Source: Lama glama (taxonomy: Eukaryota). Taken from it: DNA of 64,000 nt. The translations under genes were made by a program, and so were the position numbers. This document shows positions 51,616-64,000 of this stretch, piece after piece. The notes under the pieces are model-generated. The model was not told where the DNA came from, did no database searches, and saw only the letters and a program-made list of their open reading frames with translations. The DNA lies in the NCBI GenBank assembly GCA_028534125.1, contig CM052816.1, forward strand, positions 68,512,001 to 68,576,000, read 5' to 3'. Numbering within the stretch: the stretch's first letter is position 1; the number at the start of each line of letters is the position of its first letter.

Positions 51616-53939
51616 AAAAGAGGCCATGGGGATTTCTGCTTATGACAAGGGCAGATTGAAGAATTTGGATCAACCAACTTGCTAAGAATAACTAGAAAAG
51701 CTAACAAAAAAATTTTTTTAATCTATGTAAAGACCTTGGAGCACTAATAAGATAATGAAGAATAATGAGATCTGGATCAAGGAGAAGGAGGAAACCAAGA
51801 AAGGGGAGTCCAGCATTTCCTCAAGAATATCTGCCAATTCCATTTTACTAGATGAGAGGCCAATAAATTGATAGAGCTTTTGACAGCTAGAGGGAGAAAC
51901 ATTGAAATCCAGGGTTCACTAAGAGTAGGTAGGCCCCATGGAAACTTTCTGTTGGAAGCCCTGAGACCTATAAGCCTAGAAATATGAGTGAACTGGAAAT
52001 AGAATGGCCTTTTTGCAGAGACTGTAGCTCAACTTTAACTCATCCAATTCCTAAAACTGGATTAAGGTGATCTAGGATCGCTAAGTGTCTCAGATTGGCT
52101 CTCAAAAGCAAATGTAAACCCTTTCTAAAGAAAATAATGTTACTTTAGGCTTGAACTTATTTGTACTGTTTTCCATGTACTAGAATTCCAGTAAGTACAA
52201 TGCCAGGTTCTTAATCAAAAATAGCTAGGCATAAGAGAAGACAAGACACCATGACTGGAAATTGAGACTTGATACACAATAGAGACTGACAGGTGATCTA
52301 GATAATGGAGTTATCAGAAACAGATTTAAAGACTATGTTTAATATGTTCAAGGAACTTGAAATAAGGCTGAGAATTTTGGCACTGGCTAGAAATATAAAA
52401 AAGAACCAAATTTATGAAAAATGTTTGTTGAATAAAAAAAGACCCAAAATGGAAATTCTGGAACTAAGAACTAAAACTGAAAAACAAACAAAAAACCCAG
52501 TAAGCTAAGGTAAAAAATCAGCCAATGAGGAAAACAAATGTTGGCAAGGATGTAGGACAATGGAATGTCATGCAGTACTAGAGTAGGTGTAAATTAGCAC
52601 AACTGCTTTGGAAAAGAGTTTGTAATTGTCTACTAATGTTGAGTATACACTGTTTGTAATCAATAGAGCATGTGTGCATTTCAACAAGAAATATATACAA
52701 AACTATAGATTACAACTTACTCATAACAGTGCCAGACTGGAAACAACCCTGATACCCACCAATAGGAATGGTTAAATTGTGTTTTCATGTAATGGAATAT
52801 TATACAGCTATGAAAGTGAACAGTCTACAGCTGCAACCAAAAATATGGATGAATCTCAGAAAGATAATGTTGACAAAAGAAGCTGGATGGAAAAATACAT
52901 ATTGTGTGATTCCGCTTTACATAAAGTTCAAAATTCAATAAAACTAGTTTCGTCTGTACCTACGTACATGTATGTGGGTCTGCACTCATTTGGAAATGTA
53001 TTAAAATGTCAACTGATTAGTTCTAATGGGTGATTTTTTTACTTTCTTCTATAACTTCTATATTATCCTCAATATAAATGATGTACTACTTTTATAAAGA
53101 GAAAAAAGCTATTCAGAAAATATAGCATTCCTGTAATTTAGGATAAAAATAGTATATGAAAAACCCATTTTCTTACGAACATTGTTTAAATCACCTGTGC
53201 TTCTAGAAATACAAATTAAAGACACAAATTATCTTTTTTCTCTACTTAAGGAAGGTTTTATTTTGTTTTGTTTTTGATGTATAAAGAAGGTTCTGGGAAA
53301 AAAAAGAAGCATAAAGAAATATAATCCTATCACATAAAGGCAAGTGTTGTTAAAACATTTTGGTATATTTTCTCCTGTCCTTTTCTATGATTTTTTAATG
53401 TGAGATCACATGCTATATACGATTTAATGTGCTGCTTTTTCAATTTAAATTTCTGTTACATACTGTTGTTACTTATCTAAGTTATTCCCTAGTTATCTCC
53501 CTGCCCGTTTCTCTTCTCTGCTTCTGTCCCTTCCTCTCTACTCCCTCCCTCCCTTTCTTTCCTTCTTCTGTTTCTTCTTTTTGTCAGTAAACATTCACTA
53601 AGCTCCTGTTGGTGCCAGACACTTTGGGGAGGGAGATAGATACTCAGGTTAAAAAGAAAAAAGCACTATGATGAGGGGTTATAAATATTTGATTTATATA
53701 TACATTTTTTTTCTTTTTAACTCAGTACTCATTTTTCATTAGGAAAGAAATTACTGATTTATCCCATCCTGATCCAGCATTACCAAGAACCCAGGGGATC
53801 ATATCCCTATGAGTAATTATGCTGTAAGGTCTGGCTAAACCCAGCCAGGAGTAAGAATGATGTCATTTGTGGTACTGATGGCTAGGTGCTTTGGAGGTTT
53901 CTGTTCAGGCATTGCTCTGTGTAAGAACATTCAGTGGTC

Positions 53940-54130
53940 TAGGGCAGGAATTAGCAAACTTTTTTCTGTAAAGGGCTGGATAGTAAGTATTTTAGGCTTT
54001 GTGGGCATATGGACTCTGTTTTGCCATTGTGACGTGAAAGCAGCCATAGACAATACATAATTGCATGCGCCTGGCTGTGTTCCAATGAAATTTTATTTAT
54101 CAAAACATACCATGGATTAGATTTGTCCCA
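53940..54130. mobile_element. MER58-like element
   Basis: CAGGAATTAGCAAACTTTTTTCTGTAAAGGGC...AAAGCAGCCATAGACAATAC...GGCTGTGTTCCAATGAAA. Confidence 0.75.
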
Positions 54131-57100
54131 TCTGGCTGTAACCAGCTTCTGGTCTTCAGGGACTCTGGTGATTCAGGTGTCAGCAACCACAGGAACTGGT
54201 AAATCCTGTTGCTGTGGCCCCTAGAGATACCTCTTGTCTTACTTCTGGAAAAGTTAAAAAAATAAGGCCCACTGACCTTAATTTCATTCTACCTTGGAGT
54301 TGCTTCTAATATTGTTCTAATCAAAATGGCCTTTTGGCTAATAAAACAATCTTTAGTCTTTCCCTGAACCTCATGCCCCTGCAGCATACCTAGAGTTCTT
54401 TGGCAAGGTCATCCAAGGATTTTAACTGCTGTAAATGCTAGGGATAGTGACTGAGTCTAAGAATGGTAAATAAGGGGAAAGTACCAGGTTTCAAGGAATA
54501 GTAAAAAGTTTTACAGTAAAAATTATCCTTAAGAATCACTGAAATGTGCCAAAAAGCTACATTATAAGCATTATTCCGTCTTAAGAATTCTTTCTAAATA
54601 TCATTTGATATAAATATGTATTATTTAAATGTATAGTAATTTAACAATGTTTAATTATTAAGCTATTTACCATTTTATTAATCTTAAATGATGTTTTGAT
54701 TAGCAGCTTTCTACATACTATATTTATACCATATTTTTATTTCTTCTAATAGAGTCTCAAAAATACAATCATTAAAATAAAGGATGTAAGCACAGTTAAG
54801 GCTCTTGATACCTACAGCCAAATTATTTTCTGGAAAGATTGTGCCACTTTATACTTCTACCAGCAATGTGTGGAAGTTTCTGTTTCAAAATCCCCTTTCT
54901 CTCGCTGTTTTTCTTTTTTACTAAAGTATCTCTTATATTTTGTTTATAAAACTTTCCTATATGTAAAAGTTAGTTGGTAAGAGTCAGTTGGCAGCAGGTT
55001 TCATGTCGGACCCTTGCCTTTACAGTCTATTCTGTTATTCTGGGATTTGTCTGCTGAGTAACATGCCATTCAACCAGCAATGGATTCTAGTCAGGCTACT
55101 GCAGTATTTGCCATCTGGGTTGAGAATACAGCCGTCGTCACCTTAGAGATCAATTTGTGTAGACCATTTGTTGCTAGTGTCTTTCCAGTGGCAAAGCAGT
55201 TTTCTTAGCCCATCTGCCTTTCTTGAGAGACATGATAAAGATTTCTAAGGCTTGATAAGTAATATCCCTTTAAGTTATGGGAGAGGAATAAGAAAGAGGC
55301 TTTTTTTTTTTATTTTTGGCGATCTGTTTAAAGAGTAGTTGAGTTTTGGTTTTTGTGTTTTCAATTTCTATATAACAGAACTAAGATAATGAAGAGAGCA
55401 ATTTTAGTATTCAGCTAAAGAATCACATTTATATATTAAAAAATCAGACTTACCTCAATATACATACTTAATGAAATCTTTGCTTTCTTTCATTACCTTT
55501 CTCATTTTTGAGAAAAATAAATTTTAATTAAAATGCTGACCTGGGAATTTCTTCTTCCCTGCCCCTCACCTTTAAAAACGGGGAATAATTAGGTTTTGAA
55601 GCTGGAAATTTCATTTCTTTTCCAGAAATTCTTTTGGTAGTTTCGTGTAAGAAGGAGAGTAATAATTAGCATAACATTGCAGGTTGAAGCCTACAATGTC
55701 TTTATATATAAATATATTAGTATTTATTTATAATTAACATAAATAATTATATTATTTATAACCAAGTATGTAATTAAGCATATCTTAATTATATTTTATA
55801 ATTAAGACAAGCTGTTTACTTCAAAATAGTAAGGTAATAATACTCTTACTTTATTGCGCTTAAATAGATTGAGATAATTTGTGATTTATTTTGGCATTCT
55901 CATAAAGTGGATAAAAGGGGGAGCTTCTTGAAGAACTACCCTCTTGGGATTTTTTCCCACATTCCTACTCTTTCTTTATGAAATTTCACACACTGTGTTC
56001 CATTGGAACTGCTTTTTCTAGGTGGAAGATAGGGGTGATGATGATGGTGATTTATATCAACCTAGAGAAAAACTGAAGAACTATTATATTTGTGTTTACT
56101 TGTAGGTGCTTCTAGCATCTTAACTTGGTTGAAATGTTCCTGGTGTTTATATAATTCTTTTAGCCTCATACCAGTGCTGATACTAAAAGTGAAACAAACA
56201 AACAAAAAAACTCTTGCGTTTCTGTTAATGATCATTTTGTAACCAAAAAAGAAGAGATTATTTGTTTTCAGGTTAGTAGAATTAAAACAACTTATGGATT
56301 TTTTAAAAACCAAATTTTGAAAGCATGAATTACATTGAAATAATTTATAAATTCATTCTTAGCAGAATCTATATTTAATTAAGTTATATGTAGGCCTGAG
56401 AATTAATATTCAGGTCAAGTTTTTGGTCCATATGTTGTTGATGAAGATGTCTACTTGTGGCTAAATAACAGCTTAGAATTCTAAAATAAAGTATCCGTAA
56501 CCTTCAGCCAGGAGTTTGTTAATATTTACTTTTTTAATCATACCACCCCTATCAGTTAAAAAAAACTAGTAACAATCTAAAAAATTGTGACTGTATATAT
56601 TTATATGTGTACATTCAGTTGCAAATTATATACATATACTTCTGTACTTATGTATTCTGTACATTATAAAACATAAAAATAGAAATTTTTAGATTGTAGA
56701 TGTAATCATCTTGATAAAATTAACTTTAAAGTTTATTAACAGTACATTAAAATTTTTGTTTTCACTTTATAATGTTAGCAATAACAAGAGAACATGCTTT
56801 ATTATTTTTGAAAATCTTTCAACACATTGGCACATAGTAACTCAAACCGATTTGAAATTCATTTCAGTCTCATCCAATAATTATGTAAAAAATTTCGTTG
56901 AAATTTGCCTGGTAAATTTTCATCCTCCCTGATATGACCCAATTCTTGCATTTAGTGATTGCTGCACTACTTTGTATATTTTGGTATCCCATGCTGTTTT
57001 AAAGTCTAACATACTCCTATTTTTGTTGGTTTAATACTGTTAATTTGGAAACAACCAGTAGCTTTGTTCACCTTTCTTGGCTGTCTCTCCAGTCTGTCCT

Positions 57101-58257
57101 CTGATCTCTCCTCTCCTTCGACCTTGTCATCCTCATACCTTCACCACTCAGTTCTAGCAGTTAACACACACATCCAGGATAATGGAGAGAAAAAGCGCTG
57201 ATTTAGAGAAAGCCTTCAGAAAGCGACTAATCCCTGGAGGAAGAAGAGGAGTTAATAGACAGAACTATCCTTTCCAGGTTAACTGGGAGTAAAATTAAAA
57301 CTGCTACAACCTGGTAGCTTCTGACCAGAATTGGAGGAGCTACGTGGCTGGTCTGAAAACTCCATTGGAAGGGAGCTAAACACTTCAGGAAAGTCCTTGT
57401 TTTTCTCAACCAATTATTTCAGGGGTGTCCATTTGGAAAGTACCCTGGTCAGAATAAAAGGGGAAAGAATCATTAGATACAGTCAAATCTAATAATTTAC
57501 ATTAGAGTTAAAACTTTTTAATGTTTATGTTTTGATACTTTATAAATTTCCATATTTTGAAATAAGTTGAATGTTTAATTTCGCTAATTTTTAAACATTT
57601 TATACTCCGAAGACTTTTTAGTGAAAATATTTGTACTAACACTTGTATTTACATGGGATAAATACCAAGATACTAGTATTATCATTTGCTTCATTATTAC
57701 AATTATTACTTTTATGTTTTTATGTTTAATAACAGGTTCAAAGACCATTTACACTCTTTATTTGAAAGTTCTTAAATGTTAGAAAAATTTTAATCCATGT
57801 CTATAAGATTGCAGTTGTGAGTTTTTATTTGTAACAGACATTATTCTCAGCAATAAAATCATATAACAATGGAAACATTTCTAAACATCCATTATCAGAA
57901 TATTTTCTGTATGTCTTTAATAGCAGCTTCTTTCTCAGTCATTGTTAAAATATCTTTACTTTGAAGGGAGACAGATTAGGTATGTGGGGGCTTTTGGTTT
58001 TTGATACCTGCTGTGTACCTATGTATTATACTGTTGACAGCCACATGCCATCATAGAAGAGGTCAGTAAATTTGGAACAATTGTCTTTTTACAGAAGAAA
58101 AGTAGGTAATCCATTTTTACGTTTGATGAACCTTTAAGATATTTGCCACAAGATAACCAGCAAATTTCCGTGTGGTACAAAAGATTTTTTTTCAGTCCCT
58201 CTTGATATCATTACTAAATTTTGAAAGAATATGTTACTTTAAAATCTGTTTTTAGTT

Positions 58258-58390
58258 GGGGGAGGGTATAGCTTAGTGGTAGAGTACATGCTTACCATGC
58301 AAGAGGTCCTGGGTTCAATCCCCAGTACATCTGTTAAAATAAAACAAACAAACAAACAAACCTAAACAAACAAGAAAACCAAAAACAAAA
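58258..58390 (+). mobile_element. Vic-1-type tRNA-derived SINE
   Basis: GGGGGAGGGTATAGCTTAGTGGTAGAG...GGTCCTGGGTTCAATCCCCAGTAC, (AAAC)n tail, flanking CTGTTTTTA repeat. Confidence 0.88.
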
Positions 58391-58409
58391 GACCTGTTTT
58401 TAAAGTTCT

Positions 58410-59140
58410 TTTATCACATGCTATATCATGTAGAGAAGAGTGTGTAATACATCTATATAGTTTAAAATATAATTATAAAGGCAGCACCCATCCAACCAAC
58501 AGCAAAGTCTAGAAATTAGCCACATTTGAGAAATTCCCCATGTGTCCTTCACCAAACACATCCCTCTTTCTCCCTATAGGTAACCATTCTCATGACATTT
58601 ATATGATCATTTTCCTACTTTTCTTTATAATTTATTGTCTGCATATCCCTAAATACTGAATTCACTTTTACTTGTTTTTGCATCTCATGTAAATGGAATC
58701 TGTATGCATTCTTTTGTGACTTATTTAGCATTGTAATTTTCACCCACAGTGTACATAACTCTTTCATTGACAGTGGTTTCTAGCATTTTATTCTATGAGT
58801 ATCTGCAGTTTGTTTATCCATTCTACTTTTGAACATTTGGGATGTTCCCAGTGTGGGACTCTTAAAAAGAATGCTTCCGTAAGCATTATTTATGTGTCTC
58901 CTACCATTCATATGCAAGAGTTTTTCTAGATATATACTTGGGCATGGACTTGCTTGGTGGTAGTGTATGCATATATTCAACTTGACTGGGTAATGCCCAG
59001 CTATTTTGCACAGGGGTTATACCATCTTACATTCCCACTGTAATGTGTAAGAGTGTGTATTGCTCTACCTCCTACTGGTGCTTGATATGTCAGGTTTTTA
59101 AATTTTTGCCATTCTGATGAACATATAGTGGAATTATGTT
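58410..59140 (-). mobile_element. Ancient L1ME-like 3' region
   Basis: TTTATCCATTCTACT...GAACATTTGGG, CTTACATTCCCACTGTAATGTGTAAGAGT, TTTTGCCATTCTGATG. Confidence 0.68.
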
Positions 59141-59844
59141 TTTTCCAAGAGATTGAGGTTGATAGAATGTTATTAATGATTACTGGTTGCTGGTTGTAGG
59201 ATTATCGGTGATTTTTCTATTTTTTATGCTTTTTAAGTATTTCCAATAGTATTTACACTTAACTCCTTTAGCTACCACTTCATTGCTCTCATTCCTTTTT
59301 GTAGAAAACTTGCAAGGATTATTTGTACTCACCATATCCAATTCTCTTGAACCCAGTTCAGAAAGGCTTTTGCTCTAACCACTCCACCGAAACTGCCCAC
59401 ATGCAGGTCACCAGTGGTCATTTCATTGATCAGTCCTCAGCTCACTTGACTTAGCAGAAGCACTTGAGACAGTCATTCTCTAACCCTGAGAAGTCTTTAA
59501 CTGGCTTGAGGATACCACACTAAATTGATTGTCTTATGGGTTACTGCTTCTCATTTCATAGAGAATTTGATACTTTGATTATTCCCTCCATCATTTCTCC
59601 CCCAAGTATTTATTTAAAAAATTTTAAACCTCAGAAAAGTTGAAAGCATTATCCTCATAATTTTCCCTTACTTTTTTTTCTAATTATAAAAGTAATATAA
59701 GTTTTAATGATCATACTATGATTATATAAGATACCATCATTGGGGGAACCTGCGTGAAGTGTATATGGGGAACTCTTTGTACTATTTTTTCCAATTTCTG
59801 TATGAGTCTAAAATTATTTCAGAATACCATATTCAAAATTCACC

Positions 59845-60560
59845 ATATTTATTCAGCCTTTATGATATGCCAGGTACTATTCTAGGCCCTGGGAGTGTAG
59901 TAGTGATCAAATTGACGAAAATCCCTGCCCTCACAAAGCTTCTATTTATTGGAGGTGATCAATAATAAATAAATTAAAAATATGTATTAAGTTACATAGT
60001 ATAAATGCTAAAGAGAAAATGTAAGGCAGAAAAGCAGAGATGGTAGACAGAAAATGACAACGATGGAGAAGAGGGGTGAAAATTTTTTAAATGGTGACAA
60101 AGATAGCTAAATGCCTCATTGAGAAAGGAGACCTTGAGGAAGGACTTGAAAGAAGTAAAGAAGTAAGCCATGCAAATATTTAGGGGAAAGGCCTTCAGAG
60201 CCTTTGTTGCTACCTGAAGTTGATAACAAAGGTCCTGAAGTAGGTACATGCTTGCAGTGTTTCAGGACTGGTGAGAAAGGCCAGTGTGGTGAGTGTGGTA
60301 GACAATAAAGTTCTAGAGAGGGGGTAGGGATGGGGTGGCAGAGAGCAGTTTGGTATATGAATCAGGAATTCAGGCTGGAGATGCTAGTTTGAGTGCCATT
60401 AGCATATACATTATATTTAAAGTTGTGTGATTAGATGTATCCACCGAGAGATTGAGTATATAGACAGAAAAGAGAAAATGTCTGGATTAAACTCTGGGTT
60501 ATTCTGACATTTAAGGGTTTGAGGTTTGAGAGGAAACAGCAAAGGAGACTGAGACTGAGA
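59845..60560 (-). mobile_element. L2 remnant
   Basis: ATATTTATTCAGCC...TGCCAGGTACTATTCTAGGCCCTGGGA...AAAATCCCTGCCCTCACAAAGCTT, then a purine-rich L2 antisense body. Confidence 0.7.
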
Positions 60561-63500
60561 GTTCTTCCCTTTAGGATTATGTCCTTTGTTGGCATGTGAG
60601 GTTCTCCAGGTCCTAGCCCAGATTTACCTCGTCTGTTACTACTGCTCTTCTTATAGTTCTAAAAAATACATCATGCTCTCTTTCTGGGTTCTTTCTACAT
60701 GCTTTTCCAACTTTTGAAGCACTCTTTCTTTCCTCCTTTTCCCCTTCCCCGATTAACTCCTTTGTATCTTTTAGGCTTCACCTCTATTACAGCTTCCTCA
60801 GTGGTCTGCCAGACGTGGTGTAGCTTCCCTTTCTGTGTACCCTGCACGTACCCAGCATCACACAGCCTTCTTGCTCCCACTGTTGCTCATAAGCACTTTC
60901 TCTCTTTTTCAATTTATCTCTCTGGATTGGAATTGTTTACTTCCTACCTCCTCTAGTAGATTATGATCCTTGAGGCTCTGTGTCCTATTAATCGTTTAAT
61001 ATTTAGCACAATGCTTAATACTTGGTTGGTACTTAAATAATATTTAATAAATTTGAGATCCAATTAATTAATTAGCCATAATAAAAAGAGAAGAGCCTTA
61101 TATAGGCCCAGCCTTTGGAGACAGTGAGTAAAGTTGAAGTATAGAGCACGGTTTCTGTGAAAGAGGATGTTGTTTAGGCATCAGAGGAAGCAAAAAAAAA
61201 AAAAATGTCAGCAAGCCAGAAGTTACCAGTATTTTTCTTGTAGCAGTAAGGAATTTCTAGGTACAGTGACTTGATTAACTTCTTCTCTGTCTCTACTAAA
61301 ACACTGCCTGGCAGACAGAGTGTTTTACCAAGCAGGTAGAAACAAGTACAGTGAGTTCATTATTTCGAGTGTTTATTTGCATGAGATTTTTTGAATACTT
61401 GATTCCCTTTTCGTTTTCTAACAAACTACCCAAACCTGGCAGGTGTTTGAATGCTTCACCTTTCATAGAGAAGTGAATAAAGGGAATAGTTTTAAATCAA
61501 GAGTCTTTGCATTGAGTATGAACCTTCCTAAGAGTTGAAATTGTTATTACATTTCAGAGAAGCATAACTGGTCAATTGAAGGGTGGAGACAGATTTAAAA
61601 GCCAAAAATTTTTAAGGAATTTAAGGAGTGGAACCTAGAAAAGGTGTTAGGTAGAAATAAGGGTTCTTTGTTTATAAGAGTATTAAATGAAAATATAGGG
61701 TTTTGAGTCACATTTTAGAATATTTTTAAAATTTTGCTGAATGTTAAAAGCATTTTTTCTGTAGCATGACCATAAATATTTATAAGGTAAGACAAATATA
61801 ACTTCTACATGAAATATCATAATTTATTTTCAGTGTGGCATAGTTCAGTGTGGCACAGTTCAAATGGAAAGTAACATTGATAGGGAGCAGTCATGTGAAA
61901 CTATTCAAAAGAAAGTTTTTTTATTCTGAATATTGTTCTCTGTATAGTATTAATTTTAAAAGATCCAACTAAAATTCAGTTTAGAAATATAATTTATATT
62001 TTTTGGTTTCTCAGATGAAGCTTTAAGCATATGTTTCTAATAATTCAGTTAAAATATGCTGAGCTGTGTATTTTTAAATAGAATCTGTATTGAAAAGATT
62101 CCAAAATATTTGTTTGAACAGGCACTCAGCATCTCGATGAAAACTGTTGGAAAAGAAAAATTTTCAGAGTCATTCTGCTCTCTGAGTACCCAAGCCAACT
62201 AAACTGGTACAGTTAACACTTCTGTAAGAGGCCAGGAGCCAAGAAATGTAGCACTTCCTGGACTGCTTTTCAACAGGCCTTCAAGCCAACTTAGTGGTTG
62301 ATATTAATACCGTTGAGTTTTCAGAGTAATAAGCTACAAGTAGAACAACTTTATCTCTTTCTATCAATATTGTACTTATTAGTCTCTGTTAGTAATCCTT
62401 GATTAGTTTAAATATCTGCTTTATATTGGCATTAAAGCTGTGGGTTGTTTTTTTTTTAATTTTACGTGGTATCATTCTTGCAAAACAAGAAGAGAATTGC
62501 CCTGTAGAGTGTGACCTCAAACTGTTTCCCAGAAGTAAATATTTTTTACATTACTTTTTAGTACTAGTGAATGTCACAGTAGAGATGTAAGTTACATAGA
62601 CTACCTTGATGCTTTGGGAGAAGTGTTAGTTATCTCAGACCATCAAATTTGTAAGTAGGGTTAGTTTATTCAGTCTCTGACCCTTTTGTTTTCATTGTAT
62701 TCCCTTGAGATTTATTGACGCCACTGAATTCATTTAGCAGTTATATGCTCAGTATAGATAGTATGTCACATTGATCTCTATGTCCACGTATTTGCTGTAG
62801 TAAGTGCTCTTCGATACTTGTGTTGAACTAGAAAGTACCCACCATATTTAGGTATTGTGGTGAAGAGTAAATAATGAAAGAAAGATTAATAGATTCTGAA
62901 TGCTAACTAGGACTAGCCTAAATTTAACATCTATACTACCATTTCGCTAATGTCACAGAGTTACTTGGAGAAACAGCAGAAAGTAAAATTCCACTCACTT
63001 GGTTTTTCAAGTGCTTCCCACAAGATTAGATTAATTGTCTCCAAAAATGGTTACCATACTTAAATTTTAAGCTTCTTTCAGAAACATAAATGTAGAGGAT
63101 TTATATGGACTCAATGATAAATCTCCTGGTTTTTTTCCGTTTATTATTTGGATCTATGTGTAATCTGAAATAGCAAATTATACACAGTGTGGGACACAGT
63201 GTCATTTGTGACTTCAAGGGATGTGAGAAATAGCAGAGGAATGCAGTCATTTCATGCACCTCTGCCTCATCTTTCCATTTGAGGTAGTTTATTACTGGAA
63301 AGAAAACAAATGGAAGGAGTTTCAATAAGGAACTGAAGAGGTAAATGACTGCAAATGTGGTAGAAAACCAGAATCTGCAGTTGATTGAGACACAGTTATA
63401 AGGAGGAAGCATACAAATAAATAGTAGCATTTTAGGATATGTTTCTGAAATTTGAGAAAAGTAAAATAAGGCAAAATATCTTTAGTGTCTTGACGTTCCA

Positions 63501-64000
63501 TTTGATAGTTCTTTGGATAAGTTTCACAAAAGGTATGGTTGAGATCACTAACCCTTAGTACACGAACCAAGAAATAGGAATTGGCCCATAAAGAAGAAGT
63601 AGAGCCTCTTTAGTAGAGGAACGTTTTTGTCTAATTTCTCTGATTTAGTGCCAGATGCTTTTTGAGAGAATATTCAAAGCTGTGTCTGTCTAAATTTCAT
63701 TGTTGAAAACTGACAGCTGCTGTATTTCTTTTTAATAACTGATTAAAGCTTTTTCTGTTATTATGTCTCCTCTATTGCCAAATTCCTTAAGTTTAAAACA
63801 GTGTTTAAAGTAATAGCATCATGAAACAAAAGCTTTATTCTGTGGATTAGATAATACTTCTTTTGTGACATTTTCTTTTCCCACCAAAAGTGAGAAGTGA
63901 ATGCCTTGCCTTGGTACATCCCATTTCTAATGAAGGACAAGAAGTTATTTTCTTCCATGGCTGACTTCCAGAATTTCTGGCTGAACGTTCTTTGTCAAGC

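Larger units (their letters stand above)
26200..64000 (+). other. SLC38A9: SLC38A9 gene, 5' part (UTR exons, first coding exon, long introns); continues past window end
   Basis: Coding exon at 45139-45251 encodes the SLC38A9 N-terminus. CpG island at 25.9-26.8 kb. The next coding exon (RPFCIEP...) was not seen in the window. Confidence 0.94.

Noticed and set aside
45252..64000. Further SLC38A9 coding exons, including exon-like patches at ~55020-55160 and ~57180-57300
   Set aside because: No frame matching RPFCIEP... or any protein I recognise, and splice signals are unconvincing.

Overview
Mammalian genomic DNA, most likely a camelid (alpaca, vicuna or camel), judged from three Vic-1-type tRNA-derived SINEs and young L1 3' ends of that lineage. 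The window covers the divergent DDX4 (VASA) / SLC38A9 locus. DDX4 is on the minus strand, with a CpG-island promoter near 17.2 kb, non-coding exon 1, coding exon 2 (16225-16296) and coding exon 3 (11147-11207); it continues beyond base 1. SLC38A9 is on the plus strand, with a CpG-island promoter near 26.2 kb, 5'UTR exons and its first coding exon (CDS 45139-45251); it continues beyond base 64000. The rest is intronic or intergenic and dominated by L1, L2, MIR, solo LTRs, MaLR and DNA-transposon fossils. None of the supplied ORFs looks like a real gene; they are L1 remnants or chance frames. The most notable structure is a near full-length MRFAP1 processed pseudogene nested in sense inside DDX4 intron 2, which keeps an open 59-codon C-terminal frame. 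There are also several unusual retrotransposition scars. I found no convincing new biological system. Gene and repeat-family identities come from recalled sequences, not database searches.
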